Source: Phoronis australis (Eukaryota > Animalia > Phoronida). Taken from it: a stretch of DNA of 64,000 bases. Within the stretch, counting starts at the first letter, position 1. Each line of letters starts with the position of its first letter. Shown here piece after piece: positions 1-16,100 of this stretch. A program made the position numbers and the translations under genes. Where the stretch lies: NCBI GenBank assembly GCA_002633005.1, contig NMRA01000009.1, positions 600,248 to 664,247 of the forward strand, written 5' to 3'. The notes beneath the pieces were generated by a model. That model was not told the DNA's origin. It made no database searches and saw only the letters and a list, made by a program, of their open reading frames with translations.

Positions 1-3000
1 TGTATGAATAAACAAAGTGACTGTCATTCATTTATATATAGTGTACCTGTAATGTTTTTTTTTGTGATGTACCAATGCTATTTATTTCTGTTATTTATTA
101 CTATGACCTGTTGATATTTGTTTTTACATTTGTAGAGCATCTGGTTTTATGCAGTTGAAATACTTTTCTGTTCTTTCTCTAAATCTTTGTGCATGTTCAT
201 TGCATTAGAATCTCTCATTATAGCTTTTACATTAGGAGCTACATAGGTGCAATACATGTCTAAATATTGTCTTGTCTTCTTTACTGTCCCAAGTGCAAGT
301 TGTCAAGACCTTCAGTTTGTTACTCAAGTCAATTGTACCTGTTAGTGTAGTCAATCTTTTACCTTTTACGTGCTTTAGTTCATACTCTAGTTGTTTTTGC
401 GGGAGTAGTAAATCTTCAAACTTATTTCAAGATCTCTGATCATTGGAAAGTCATCCCGTTGGACAAGCAATGCTGATAAGAATTCCAAAGAATTTTAGTG
501 AATCTTGTCTTGGGGGTTTCCCTTGTTAACTCAGTTGTTCAAGCCACATGCTGTGCTAAGTAGCTTTTTAACTGCCAATGTACTCATCTATGGTAATTTA
601 TCCTTTATGTTGTCATTACATGAACTTCTGACTTCATTCACCGTTGTAAAATATGTCTCGGCTTATTTCTTGATTTCTGGGCTTGGATAAACTTTGAAAT
701 GTGTCACTGAAGATTTATCTTACTGGTAGTTGGACTTGTTGTGCAACTCATGCAATGCAATGAATGCAATAAGGTAATCAATCAAACGCAAATCTGCAGG
801 TTCCACCACATTTGGTGCGATATGGCTTAACAGTAAGGTAACATTCCCAATTTCACATGCTCACTCTTACTCTTTGGAAACTTTCTCCCCTGGTTACATA
901 ATTTATTCTAGTTTTGAAATTATTCCACCTAGATCTTTTCCCTGAATATGGCTTTGACTTTTTATTAAAACATTCTTATTGCAGTAAATGTACATTTATT
1001 GTATTATGTTTACTTATTGCAACCTATGAAAAATAAAAATCACTCTAAACTACCTGTGAACTACATTTAATGTTACACACAGTACCCAGACTTTGAACGG
1101 AGGCCCAAGTGCTTTAGAAAGACGCGATTTTTAGGATACTGGATTGCAATTAATGAAACACTACACAGAGTTAGTTACATTAGACTCTACATTAAGTAGT
1201 TCAACAGGAACAATGATTATGCCCAGTCTCTAAACAATATGAAGTAAAGTACTTCATAACCAAACGAGTTCCAATAAATTCAAGACGTTTCATTCAGTAA
1301 ATGAAGTTGTACTTATTCCACAAAATAAAACTTTTACAGATATTTTATTTCCACTCTAAGGAACAAATAAGGAATTGAACAGCTTATAGTTGTACTTACA
1401 AGCAACATTTACCAACATGCAGACTGAACAGAAGTGTTGACCTCTCCTGCACAAAAGATTGTCTTCAGTCATTTTGCCTCTGACAGATGACCAAACTTAA
1501 CATAGTAACAAAAATTACCAAGGTAAGGCTGATGAAATGTCTGGGAAAACTAACAGAATATTTTTCAACCAAACTTGTCACCCACAGAAACTGCATCTTG
1601 CCATCTGTAATTGACAAATTGGACAATCGTAAGGATGTTCTGTAAAGTATCTTGGTTATGGAAATTAAATGTATGACCTTCACCCTACAGATAATGACAA
1701 CAGAATGACCTTGACACCAGGTGTTAATATTCAGGTATTGTGTATACTTACTTGTTGCTATAAAAATATATTAAAACATTTCCAACATTTCATCTTAACA
1801 ACATTTACTTTCTAATTCCTGAAAACATGAATTTCATTGTGGATAAAAAAAAAATCAGTTACTAACTCAAAATGGCTGAACCAGTTGAACACTGTTAAAG
1901 TACTTCTGATCCCCATCAACAGAGAATAATTAAGACTCTTTAAAGGTCAAGTCATCCATAGATATGGTATTAAGTACTGCGCTGCATACTTTGTAGATAA
2001 AATCCAAGAAAACAGGTATTTGGCAAGGAACACTCACACTATGAAGTTTTAACATAGCATATAGTAGTAAATCTCTTGATGTTTGACTAGCTAAACTCAA
2101 GTCATGACATCTGTAGAGTTCTCGACAACAGAATAGTCACTTTCTGAGAAACTGTTTTCTCCACTGAATAACAGGCATCAAACTGAAAATTCAAATTGGA
2201 CGAGAATAATGAAATTCATCAACATGATTGAAAGTCCATGCGGACTCATTCCAACAAAACTGACTTAGCTAAGGCAAATCTTAAATTTTTGTAAATTTTA
2301 AAATAAAAGTTTAGTTTGTCTCAAAATCAATTCAAGAAAGAGATCTTAAGTGTTTGACATAAATTTTGTCTTAATTTTGACTTAATTACCAAATGTGGAA
2401 GTTTCAAAGTTAGGAAGTTAATACAAATCTTAAAAGTTAAGTAAAAATGAACTTAAGTCAGTTTCTTGGAATATGCCCCATGTCTTGATCATTTTGCTGA
2501 AGAAGTGATTCGTGTCACTTCAAACTGGTTGCAATGTTTTTCGAACTCGATGCAGGTAAGCTTAAGTTGTAGCAAAATTCAAACACGTAATGGTAACGAC
2601 ACAGTCAAAATGGATTGTGGAGAACACTGAGAGTTTGATAAGAGAAGTGAACAATTCAAAAACGAATATGAACGTAATATACCTGTGAATGTGACACTCA
2701 CATTCTGGTAATAATGAAATATAACATCCCACATTTTGAGAACCAGTTTTCTCCACTGAATAATGGGCATCAAACTCATTCTCAAAATATAGATATAACC
2801 CATATTCCCGTGCATATGAACATCACACACATTTGCCAGAAACAGAGGACGAGCCTGATGAAAACTATTTTCAGGAAGAAATTAAACACTACACATTGCA
2901 GACATAAATCTCAACACAAACCAATCACAAATAATGTACTCATAACAAAAACAGTCCAGGAGATGTAAGCTTTCAAACTGTTACTGAGATTTGTTTGGTC

Positions 3001-3793
3001 ATAATCTAGTCCCAAATCACAGTATCAGGAAAACCAACCTTCCCCAGACCCGATCACAATATTCAACAAATGACCTTGACCTTCACTAACGTGATATGAT
3101 AAAAGTTGAAACAATTCCAAAACATAAATGTTTACCATACTTTCAAGTTTCAACTTAACAATAATACCATACTAAATAGAACTTTCTGGTTTTAAGATGA
3201 TAAATGCAAACTTATCTTCTATCAAATAATAACAACACTAAATTCAACTGCATGGTTTTATGTTTGGACATCAGAATATGATTTATGTTTTGGTTTGCAT
3301 ATTGATTTTTAGTGATTATTGAAAACAAAACATAATCAATATTCTCTATAGTTTCACATTCATCACAAGATGATCTCAATATGAAATCCGAATTTGAAGA
3401 AAAACTATTTTCCTGGTCTTATGTTTAAAATAGTGGAGACAAGACATTTTTACAAACATCCTTAAAATCATTTTGAACATCGATACACTCAATCTTGATT
3501 TGACTAGCTTTTTAAAGTCTATTATGACTCCATTTTACAAGTTACTACAACAGTTGTAACAAAATGGCAATTTTAGATCAATGATTTGAAAACAGCAGTT
3601 ATTTTGCTACAAATTAATTCTCCCCTTTTGTCCAATATACATCCAGTCATTCACTGACACTCATATAAAACATAGGAATGGTTTTCACTGTGCATGTGAT
3701 TTCACAGACAATCACAAGTCCACATCTGTGCACACACAAAATCAACCAACTAGACAGCACCACTAACACAAAACACCAATGGCGTATCGTTCA

Positions 3794-4134
3794 TCAATCT
3801 GTATCTTCATCACTAGAGAGCTCATTCAAGGAGCACACAGTGTTACCTGTCCTTATTGCTTCCTTCTTTATGCGCTCCCAATGTTCAATCCTTGGAGCAC
3901 ACTGCAAAAATGAACGCCCTAGTCGCATCTTTCCCGTTATTAAAAACTCGCCAGAGCCAGTGTGAGCGCCACATTTAAGAGGTAACACAACATTTCCTCT
4001 AATAGTGCCATCTTTAGTAGAGTCTCTTTTGAAGTGTTTGTATTTTTGGTGATGAACCTTTCGGATCAGCAGTTGAATCTGACTTTCATCTCGGTCTGCC
4101 GAATTCTTCAGGTTTTCTAAAGTACCGACCACAA
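3794..4134 (-). CDS. METRNL: Meteorin-like exon 4 (terminal, NTR-like domain)
   Basis: ttttcag acceptor, phase 1; VVGTLEN...LKCGAHTGSGEFLITGKMRLGRSFLQCAPR...VC; TGA at 3794-3796. Confidence 0.92.
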
Positions 4135-7100
4135 CTGAAAACAAAAGAATTTTATCTCAATATTTTCTCAATATGAAGTGCAACGTTTAGTCAACTAGGA
4201 TGTCATGTTTGAGTAATAACATTTCTCTGCATGTAAAAATACTTAAAATATGAACAAGCTTTGGTTATACACCAAAAGTTTGATAGAGAATGTCAAATGG
4301 AAATGTCACCTTGTCAGTTATGTCTAACAAGTGAATGTCAGAAATGAAATAAATGAAAATAAGAAATTCTGAATCAGGACAGAGGGCAAATTCTGAATAA
4401 GGACAGAGGGCAAATTCTGAATCAGGACAGAGGACAAATTCTGAAATTAAGAAGCATAGAGCCCAAAATATCACAAAAACACGTATGACTAAATTTTGGC
4501 ATTCCCAATATTGTATTTAGCATCTTGTTATTAAAGAACTGCGAACACGACACCTGTGTGGGGAACATGACAGAAAGGGTTGGCATAGAATGTAGAGCGA
4601 TACACTGTCATTCATGCACATGGATATGTTGTCTGTAGCAGTAGAGGTTAAACAGCAGGCTCAAGCACTACCTGATACACCTCATGGTAGACATTGGTTT
4701 CTACCTCACTCGTTAAATTTTACAAAATGAACATGAATAGAGTCAATCTGTACTTTCATTTAAATATAACTTCAAGTTGAGATGTTATTAATATGAGACA
4801 GAACAGGTTCATTACAGAGCCCTAGACACAACCACAGATATAATCCAATTAGGTCTGACCCACACCTGCCTTTCATTATCACAGGCCCAGCTCCTTCTAT
4901 GACATATAAAGAGCACAGACCCCCAGACAAGGTCCAGTTTCTATGTAAACCCTGGTAATCCCATGCAGAGGTAGGGTGGTAATGAGGTACAGCTTACAAA
5001 GGTATACACAAGATCTCACCACTGCACACTGAGTAAATAGACTCAGTGGGACAGGCAATGGGGAAGTTTAAATTAAATCAATCAAGTTCCATACAAAGGC
5101 ATGTGCCTTATGTGGTGGTGGTGTTTTTAATGACTAATTAGATGGTGTCAAATGAAAACCCCAATATTTTAAGTCATAAAATAAAAGGGAACCTAACATT
5201 TGTGTCCACATTCAGGTATATGAGTACGCAAACCTGTACATTCAAGTGTCCAATTCAAAAATACGAGCTAACAGCATAAAATTTTGAGTTTACTGACCTA
5301 CAGATATGAGCATTTAGATCAGTTTTCAAGCTTTCTAACAAAAAAAGTTGGCTCAAGTTATGGTTATTGCAAGTTATGGTTATTGCAAGTTATGGTTATT
5401 GCAAGTTATGGTTATTGCAAGTTATGGTTATTGCAAGTTATGGTTATTGCAAGTTATGGTTATTGCATGTTATGGTTATTGCAAGTTATGGTTATTGCAT
5501 GTTATGGTTATTGCAAGTTATGGTTATTGCAAGTTATGGTTATTGTGCTTGCAAAATGATTTAAATGATCAAATCTATAAGTTTGTAAACTCAACTCCTG
5601 TTACCCTCTTCATTTGTTATTCTTTGCAGCATTTCACACTTGCCGTGTCCCACTGTGTGTGTCATCAGCTTATGCTCTGTGGCGGTATTACTGCATCATT
5701 TTATTTCCACTTGAGAATGAAACAAGTATGTTTCGAAATATCGCGTACCTTTTAATCATGTCTCTTGGTCATTTACTGTATCAATATTCTGTTGAGTAAA
5801 GTGTTTTATTCCAACATACGAAAGAAACGGAATAAAGACTGTAAATAACGAAAAGTGTCATGTCTGCATACTGGAAAACTTGCTCAAGGAGTACCGCCAA
5901 ACTCCAAAATTGTAAACTGTCCTCTCATATTTTTGGACTTACGACACACTTGCAAGTGCAGATTTGTGCACATGACTCATTGTGTGCACACATGTTTGAG
6001 TGCCTTGAAATAGGTAACTGCATGATCCCTACTGATTTACTTGAAGAAATCCCAGTGTAAACGACTATCACCTACACATGATATCAACACCATATTCAGT
6101 GTGCATACGGAACTGGAATTCTCCTAATAAATACCAAAGCGTCTTGTCTGCTTTCAGGATTTGTGAAAAGTGCTCCAGAGACAAAACGGTTTCCAATTAA
6201 TGAATAACCAAAGGGCCTGTACGTGGGTGTGTTCTTTCCTTACAGGGCTTACACCTGCAAAGAATGTTCAAACAGCTCCACAAGATATCTAAGTGCCAGT
6301 GTGACACTCGGGACACTGTATGTCACAGGATTGGACAAATTCGTTCAGTAAACATAGTCAATAAAGCCTGGCTCTCACTGAATTAACTTCTCAGTTTGGT
6401 CATCAATCAGTGACACCTATTGTCAGGATAAATCCCTCTCCTTACCCCCCAAGATGTCCAGGTGGAATCTCATATAAAACAGACATTTGACAGAGACTAC
6501 ATAGGCAGGAATTCACTGATATTGTACAGAATTGCTTAGAATCAAGACTGTCAGCTTAGATCTGGGGAATTATATTTTAAATGTGGTTTAAATGAAATGG
6601 GATTTCTTGTTGCTTGTTTTCAGTTCAGCTTGGAGTTAAAGGATGTGCTTTCAAGATAATGATGGTCTGTGTCAATAAATGCTAGCCATGTTCTGAAGGG
6701 GCCTCTCTGAAATAGAGTAACTTTCACATCAAATTACAGGAGTGTAAATAAAGACGATTAAAACATTACTTAGACATGTACATAGCATCTATAGTCTATT
6801 GGCTCGTTCTAAACTTGGAGTAACAGTGCAGTGACATGTACATAGCAGCCATCTATAATCTATTGGCTATTTATAGACTTGAAATATCTTTGAACTGACC
6901 GTATTCATTAAAATGGGCAAAATAATAGCAATAGCGAACTTTTCATATTGGCGCCCTCTAGAGCAGCGACTTCCGCATGTTCCCGACTCAGATTTAGTGG
7001 ATAGAAATTCACTGCTATGTGATATAGTGGTTCATTTATTTAAAAACAGAAGAATAGATCCCATTGTGAACTCTCCTCACACTGTTTGATTAGGTTAAGG

Positions 7101-10100
7101 TCATAAATTCATCTTTTTTACATTAGCAGGGATTTCAATACTACCATTTTATCAGTCGCAGCCACTGACTATGCAGACGCGGATTCTTCATCACAGTGGA
7201 AATGTATGGGACATGATGTCTTCAGCTACGGATATTTCAATGTATGGGACATGATGTCTTCAGCTACGGATATTTCAATGTATGGGACATGATGTCTTCA
7301 TCTATGGATATTTCAATGTATGGGACATGATGTCCTTCATCTATGGATATTTCAATGTATGGGACATGATGTCCTTCATCTATGGATATTTCAATGTATG
7401 GGACATGATGTCTTCATCTATGGATATTTCAATGTATGGGACATGTCTTCATCTATGGATATTTCAATGTATGGGACATGATGTCCTTCATCTATGGATA
7501 TTTCAATGTATGGGACATGATGTCCTTAATCTATGGATATTTCAATGTATGGGACATGATGTCCTTCATCTATGGATATTTCAATGTATGGGACATGATG
7601 TCTTCATCTATGGATATTTCAAGAGATTTGACTTTCCGTAAGCCATTATTATATCCTATTGCACAGCAGTGAAAATTTGCTGGCATTGCGATAGCAGGAA
7701 AGATGTTAAACATAACAATAAGAGAATCCTACATGAGTCTCAGGTTTATGGAATTTCCAAGAGGTTTTGGCCATGTCATGAATCTGAGATGAGTGTAGGA
7801 TTTGCTTTCTCAAATGAGCCTTAAAAACAATCTTTTTTTGCTGAAAAACGCAACGTGTCTAAAACTTTCAACCACGCAACACTTTTTTACAAACACGCAT
7901 GCACAATGTAAAGTAATTCATTTACTTTTTGTTAATAGGTTTATTTTAAGCTTAACAAATGTAAATTGCATTCACCTTTCGTACAAATATTCAAGTTAGA
8001 ATCTAATAAATAGTATTTGGAGTTGTAATATTAAAACTAAAAAAATATCTATAAATAACAGTCAGCAAGGCTTCCCCACGTGTGACTGAGCACTGAATTG
8101 ACCTTGAGACAACACAGCTAGACAGTCTCGCCGCGTTTCTTGAGTTGGAGCTCGTCTCTGTTTGAATGAACGTGGATATAGAGTTCGCCGCCGAAAATGG
8201 GTCTGTTTAAGAAGTTGTTTGCATGTCCTGACTGGGAGTACGTACAGTTGCAACACCCGATTTGTCAACCACAACCTTGTCACCTTCTCGGAATTCTGGC
8301 AATGTTTGGTTGGCGCGTTTGGTTGTTTTAGTGTTTTCCAGGCCATAAAATGTAAGGCGTATGGATTTCTACTTTGCACTACTTTGCGATTTGACCATGT
8401 ACTATCAAAAAAATTACGTACTTGGAGTTATTAACCAGTCATGTCATAACATGTGAGAACACTGTTTATACCACTAAATTGAAATCTCCTGTCTGAATCC
8501 ATAGGTGGCGCTAAATGCCTGTCCAAAGACATGATCCTCAGTCTACAGAGTTGGTAATTTTCAATATGGCAGGGTTATTTCGAAAGTCAGCTATTGTATT
8601 TCTTAACAAACAAGTAAGCTTAGATCCACAAATTGTTGACAATTTCAAAGGAATGTGCATAAGGTAAGGCCAGACTTCTATCAATATCAGCATAAGAAAA
8701 CGGCACCAAAGTATGATGGTTTCGAATGTCACATTATCTGACAAGGTATTTGAAGAAATAATATTAAATAACCAAGATCATCTTCGCCATTTAATGAACT
8801 GATAAAACAATAAATGTTTAACAGTAACTGTGAATAGTCATGACATTGACAGGTTTAAAGGGAACTGCAGGTTAGGTTGATGGAATGTCATGATCTTCTT
8901 GAATTAGAACGTTCTAGTTTAACTCTGAGCCATGCCAGACAAAGTTACCAGGGCATGACATGAGTTGACATCAGTGATGGGACAGAAAGAGAGCATTCAG
9001 GTCATTAAATGTCAAAATTAAAAAAAAATAAACAACTTTTAGAATATGGGGTCTTTTTGACATTTAAGTGACATGAATATGGCACAGGTTTGAGTTTTTG
9101 GCTCGTCACTTTTAAATGTCCATGCTTGAAGATAGCAAGTTTTTACTGAAGGACATCACTTTTAAATGTCCATGCTTGAAGATAGCAAGTTTTTACTGAA
9201 GGACATCACTTTTAAATGTCCATGCTTGAAGATAGCAAGTTCTTACTGAAGGACATCACTTTTAAATGTCCATGCTTGAAGATAGCAAGTTTTTACTGAA
9301 GGGCATCACTTTTAAATGTCCATGCTTGAAGATAGCAAGTTTTTAATGAAAGACATCACTTTTAAATGTTCATGCTTGAAGATAGCAAGTTTTTACTGAA
9401 GGGCATCATTTTTAAATGTCCATGCTTGAAGATAGCAAGTTTTTAATGAAGGACACGTGACATGTAGCTCAAGAGTATTCAAATATTATTGTATTTGTGT
9501 GCAAATGATGGTGACACCCCTTAATTTGAGGAGCAATTCAAGCGTAAAGATAAACATCCTTCCCACACATTTGAACATTTTGTTTTAAGCTGTTTTTACA
9601 CTGGGAAAAATCGTCACATCACGGTGCAAAGTGTCACGGTGCAAGGTGTCACGGTGCGACTTGCTCAACTTTAAATGTCTTTACACAACATCAGATCGCA
9701 AACTGAATCAGCATGAGTCATTTACACAAATACTATCTGTGCATGCTCGCATGAACAATAGCGAACATACAAACCATGTGGAATGCAAGTGGATCACCCA
9801 TATACATGCTATTGCGCAAGCGCATTGAAACATGATCCCTCTCTCCCGTGCCCCAGATGTGCCCTCTACCTATCAAACCGGTGTCAAAAATGGCCGCCGC
9901 CATATAAACTAGCGCCGCCATATAAACTAGCTTCGTGTCAGTCGTGTTTACACACACTTGCACCAGATCAGCTGTTTCATGGTAGTTGCTTCGGCTTATA
10001 AGCCCTTGTTCAACTTGGTGCCCAACCCTAATTTTTGAATTTCCCAATTTAAGCACCTTGGGCAGAAGACTGAAATCATGAGGGATATCTGATTTTTGAG

Positions 10101-13100
10101 AAAGGGAGCAAAATGGAACATTGTCAGAAATTGACTGTGGGTTTGTTTATTCTGACAAACATGCAAAATGAATTAAGGATATGAGTAATGTTACATCATC
10201 ACAAGAGGACTCAAGTTGACATGTAACAGGCTGATGAGCAAGTTGGCAAGGTTGTTTATATCAGCCTGGTATGTAAGTAAACTGTGGTCCCACTGAAATC
10301 ATGTTGGCTTCATTAGAGTTAAAGCCTTGATGGAATGTTGGCCCATGACTACAAACCATTATATGGGGTTTACCTATATCCCTTCATAATCATTGCTGGC
10401 AGCTGACCTGCCAAGCAAACACAAAATGGAGCCACTGTCTTTTGCAGCCTTGAAATTAAATGGTTATTAAATGAAAATTCTGTTACAAGTGACAAATGGC
10501 AGTAGGGTTGAGTTTCACAGATGCAAGAATCTTGCAAAGGAAGCTAGAGTGACCATATGCTTTGCTTGCAATATATGACAATATCTCAAAGCCTTGCTAG
10601 AATGGAACGAACAGACTTTGAATATGTTAAGGTGGATCACGGCATACACCATGACTTTACATAAGATTTCTGTTTAAACATACCAGCATAAAGTCAGAGA
10701 TAGCCATGACAAACTTTTTTTAATTGAACAGAGCATACAGTTATTTTGCTATTAACAGGCATGCCATCAGGGTGCATTGGTCATGGTAAGTAGAGTAGCT
10801 AGACTGCACACTTGTAAACAGCACACTAACACTCCCAATGGGGGACACGGTTCCAGTGACCCTTTCCAAGTAACGACCCAAGCCATGACTCCTCAAGTCA
10901 TGTTTTATTATTGTCAAGAGGACATGCAACTGACTAGTGTTCAGGTGAAAGCACTGTTGAACACAGGCTCACATAGGAAATATGTCACTCTCACAAAGCC
11001 AGGTTCCTGCAACATGTGATTTGACAGTTTTGCTTACAATTAGACCTAATCATACAGTGTTTAAGTGGCAGCCTCTGTGAGAAGGCTCTCCTGTAAATAG
11101 CCTGAATGGCCCACTGATCAGACCAGAACAATAACACCTTGAAAATGAAGAATCATGGCATACATTAGAGATGGAAACTGTCAATTCACTAGCTGTTGAA
11201 ACCACTGCAAACATCAACTTTTGATCTACAGTTTGAAGTATGTTAAGTCTTCACTCACACAATATGATAGACAAGCTAAATCTCACTTTGTCAAAAAATT
11301 TTCACAAAAGCACAGATTAAGAAAATTCTAGTCTATAATTGGCATGGTTTGCACTGTTAAGATGTCGCAAAAGATTATTTGGGAAAGTTCCCATTATTTG
11401 TATCCTATGAAACATTTGGTGCGAAACAAGCGGAAAATAAGCACACTATCTGTCACACATCCTAGCTTTTGCAAAGACCTTTCCCACAATGTTCAATACC
11501 AAACAGATACCACCCACTGAGATTTCAATAGTGAAGTACTGTTAAGCCTAACTGCAGAGTTCTCATCATCAAATTAAAGAGAGGTAATTACTAGACACTT
11601 TGTATTGCATTTTTGACACAGGAAAATTAGCTGTCCATAATCTTTTTGAAGAGTTGTTGGCAAACAGTGCTTGACAAGCTGGTCACATGTGAGATGGGAT
11701 ACTGCACACTGTGGATACAAGCGGAGTGTCAGTCATGGAGTAGGTCACTACTGTCACCTCTGTAGTTCAAGAGCTTGGCTCAAGTGGGGGTACAGAGGGG
11801 GGTCAGGCCAATTAATAGTCTCGAGAAGGCTGAAGCAGGGAGGCACCTGAGATTATACGACCGTACTCACCAAAATCACTAGAACAGAAGCTGTCGAGGA
11901 TTTCTTCATCCGTGCATGGTCTGCATTCTGGAAATACGAGAGAGGACAGTGTACATATAAAAATATACTGGAGATATAATGAACTCCAAAAACATCAAGG
12001 CAGATGAATATGTTACTATGCAGTGTGGACAACTTTAAGTTATGAGAGAAGTGAAAGACAGCAACTAACATGTGCCATTTGTCAAGGCTCAGGAAACATA
12101 AGAGATAAAAATTTTAAATTTCTTTCAATACCAATGTACGATGTTAACTAGGGCCCTGTTCCACTACAAGGCAGCAACTTTACCATATTATTTACACTGA
12201 GTCTAAACAGAGGCTTATGTTAAACTTTACAATTAGGTGGTAAGTCTAAATTTAGCCACTGTGTGAAAAACGTAGTTAGGACATTTTAATAAAGCAGACC
12301 TCTACACTATACTGTGCTACACCCTCTCAACCAGCCTATCATTTTTCATTCTGTTTAAAATAGATTATCATCAAGCTGTACATTTCCATAGTCTGTGAAA
12401 CAAAAGAGATATGAAGAATGGTTTGTTTTTTCAGGACACAAATGTTGATAAGCATACAACCAGAATACCTATGTCCCTCCAATACAAATACATTAATTTT
12501 CTAATAGGCATGCAGTGAAGTTCATGCAGTTAAGTTCATGCAGTGAAGTTCATGCAGTGAAGTTCATTCAACAACAGATATCTTGGATTTCATCACATTT
12601 TTAAACGTACTTTACATAATTATACTGATATATTAATTAATTTGTCTCGTTGACAAGCTGCTAAACATTTTAATACGTATGGTATGGTATTTATAAATAC
12701 TGATGTTTTGAATGCTCTAAATCCTGTTTCTGAAATACAACTTCCACTCAAGTCAAAACACTTTATTTACACACCGGAGTAGAAATCTAAAGAAACTTGT
12801 TGTGCGAGAAAACATGAGCAAAGCTGGGTTATTACTAAACAATTCAAGCAAGCCTCAATGCCATAGCGTTTTTCTGTCTAGATTATTGTGATTTCAGTCT
12901 GGTAACAAGCTTAAAACAACACAAAACAACAAGAGTGTTCAAGGCACACAGCTGACAGAGAACAGAGGCTCTAGGTCTGCCAGCCATCAACACTTGTTTG
13001 TTTGACTTCTCTTGGAGCATTTCAAACAGTAGCTAGACAATGGAACAACACTGACTACAGCTCAGACCCTGCCAGCATGAACAGCCCTCAAGTGACATTT

Positions 13101-16100
13101 GACATCATTGTTTTGCTGAACCTCTATAGCTAAATCCCCTCTCTAAATTTTGCAACTGATCATTTTTGAAGCCCACATTTTGGTCAGTTCAGCTTCATGC
13201 CCATCCAGTGGAACTTGGACTGTATGGCAGTGTATGGCCATTTGTTGTTTGGAGGATTCTATCATCATCAATATCAACACCATATAGGACTACTCTAGAA
13301 TAAGTTTCAAATTCAGTATTCTGCTCAAATGACTGTAATGATGATAATTAAGTTCAGAATTTCATAACTCAAAGCAAAATGAAAAGTTGATTTCCTATGA
13401 CATTGTTTTGATTGCATCAATTTGTGAGGACACAAGGTATCAACTTTCACAATCTGAAAAAGCTCACTCTAGTTGATCAAATAAGCCAGTTCTAATATAC
13501 CTGGAGTTATGCAACAAAGTAAACTTTTCATTTCACTAGATAGGATACACCTGGATACACCTGGCTGTTCAAAGAGAACCAGTCTTTGTCATCAGGAAAG
13601 GAAGTTGAACCAATGATAACTTGTTACCCAAATATTGTCCCATGTTATGTTTACTGAAAGCTACAGGGCCACTAGCAATTTCCTGTTCTGTGTACAACAC
13701 TCATACTCAAAGTGAGTTGTGATTGTAATTTACTTTACCAACATTAAAGCTTTAAGCCGATTTTCTTTCACTGATGGCATAAGTGGGGTCTTTCTAGAAG
13801 GCTTCAGAACAATTGATTAGAACTATGAAAATAAAGTCAATGATTACAAAGTAAGCAGAACATACAAGAGTGAAGACTCTAGTGAATATACACCATATAC
13901 ACTGTACAAGTCTCTAAGCATCATAAATCTGGGTGTAAAATGTGAGCTTGAGGTCAATGGGCTAATAAATGTTAAATCATAAACCAAACCTCAGGCATTA
14001 GTGACAACTGTCAGCCTAGTTATTTCAGTTTCTCTCGGTTTCAATGAAGTAAGACAAATGCAACTAGATATGGTGAAATCTCACAGATTTCAGACCAAAA
14101 TAATTGTGAAAATTGCCCTTTTCATTTTTCAACATTGTTGTGAATTTGTCAATTTCCAAAATATTGTCTGACAACACAGGGTGAACAAGGAAAGGCATTA
14201 AATTGGAGCAACATACAGAGTTACAGATCAACGAAAAATGAGAAAATAAAATTGCACAAATCTGCCATGTTGTGTCTCAAATTGGTGAGATTTTACTCTA
14301 CTGCTGAACAAGCTCCGAACAAGCTTTGAACAAGCTTTGATCATGATCAAACTCAGAGTGAACAATATCATGAAAAAGAAACAACTTGATAAAATGATAT
14401 AAAATTGGAGTACACAGACTTTACAATCCAACTTGTCTAGGATGTTTGCTCAGGCAAAGAGTGTGTCCTTTATATTTATAGCACAAGCTGTCAAGGTGTC
14501 ACAGCAAAATTGAAGAGAATGTCATTAAAAGTGCAGCAAGTTTAAAACGTGTTGCGTGACAAGCTTCCCACAGGCCATTACGGGTTGAACAAGTCCATTG
14601 AGAAGAATACAGGTATGTCTATATAAATCACCTTGGTGACTTCAACAACGCACCCAAAATCTGTGCAGGTATAAAGAATCAGATTGTCACAAGAGTGTAA
14701 TAACCAAGGACACAAACAGTGAGACAAATCTGCCAGATACCGTAGTTACTGACCATCACCAGATAAATTGAGACCAGGCTCTACTTATGCCTACTTAAGC
14801 CACTGAGAAGTCATCTTTGAAAACGGCTTGTGGAGGCGAAATACTAGGCTTACCCCTGCTCCATACATCAACGGTAGAATTACTGTACAGTTCAGATACA
14901 CTAAAAATTTCCCAACATATTTATTACTTTGTTCAAGGTCAGAGCTCAACCAGATTTTAGAAAAAGGCAATACAGGCCATCCCAAGTAAGTAAAGTGTTT
15001 ATCTCACATCAGTGTAATGGTTAAACAAACAAAAGGCAATACAGGCCATCCCAAGTAAGTAAAGTGTTTATCTCACATCAGTGTAATGGTTAAACAAACA
15101 AAAGGCAATACAGGCCATCCCAAGTAAGTAAAGTGTTTATCTCACATCAGTGTAATGGTTAAACAAACAAAAGCCAGCCAAGATGCTAATGACTTTCTAA
15201 TTTCAGACTGTTGATACAAATTGATACAAATTGATACAAATTGCAGAGTCCATTTAAGAATTTTTATGATGAATGCCAAAACTGCCAAGTTACATGAACT
15301 TTTTATACCGGCTTTGGTAGTTAATGTACATCGAAGTAAGCAGTAGGTGATGTTGTTGTCATCGAAGTAATCACAAAGCAGCACTGATGCATCGCGTGCA
15401 CCACAAGGTAGGACTGATGCATCGCGTGCACCACAAGGCAACACTGATGCATCGCGTGCACCACAAGGCAGCACTGATGCATCGCGTGCACGCTAAGATT
15501 TTGTTAATGTGACAATTTGGGAACATTTACGTGTGCTAAATGACATAAAATTATTTCTAATTCTATTGCTGATTATTCGAGCAAAATATAATAAGCTATT
15601 AGTGACGACAGTGTCCTTTAATTGTTGACGATAACAGTGGCACCTGGCGATAACTTCGATGGGATCGAAGTTGACCGTTCACACTGTACCGCAGCATCGA
15701 CCCTCTGCTGTTAAATCCACCTGTTTACTGCAAAGTTAACTGGCATGGTTGATTAGGTTATGTTGACTTATTTATTTCAGCTCTTTAACATTGACGGAAT
15801 CAAAAATCTCCCACTTTATCAGTGACAGCTAATGACTATACAGTCACGGATTGTTCATTGTAGTGGGAAATGTATGGGACATGTCTTCAGTTATGGATAT
15901 TTTGACAAGTTTGCCCCCATAAGTGATTAGTATATCCCACGTAAATCAGTGAAAATTTGCCGACAGCGTGAAAGGTATAGAACGCTGTTTATACCACTAG
16001 TTTGAAACCTCCACTCCGGATTACATGGGATCTACAGGTGGCGCTGAACGCCTTTCCACCAAAGACCTGACTGCCGTCTGGCGGGTTTGCGAATTTCAAT

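Noticed and set aside
9590-10060. CpG-rich patch with AAAATGGCCGCC and a short direct duplication, promoter-like
   Set aside because: No associated exon and no paired ends found; probably a transposon fragment I cannot classify.
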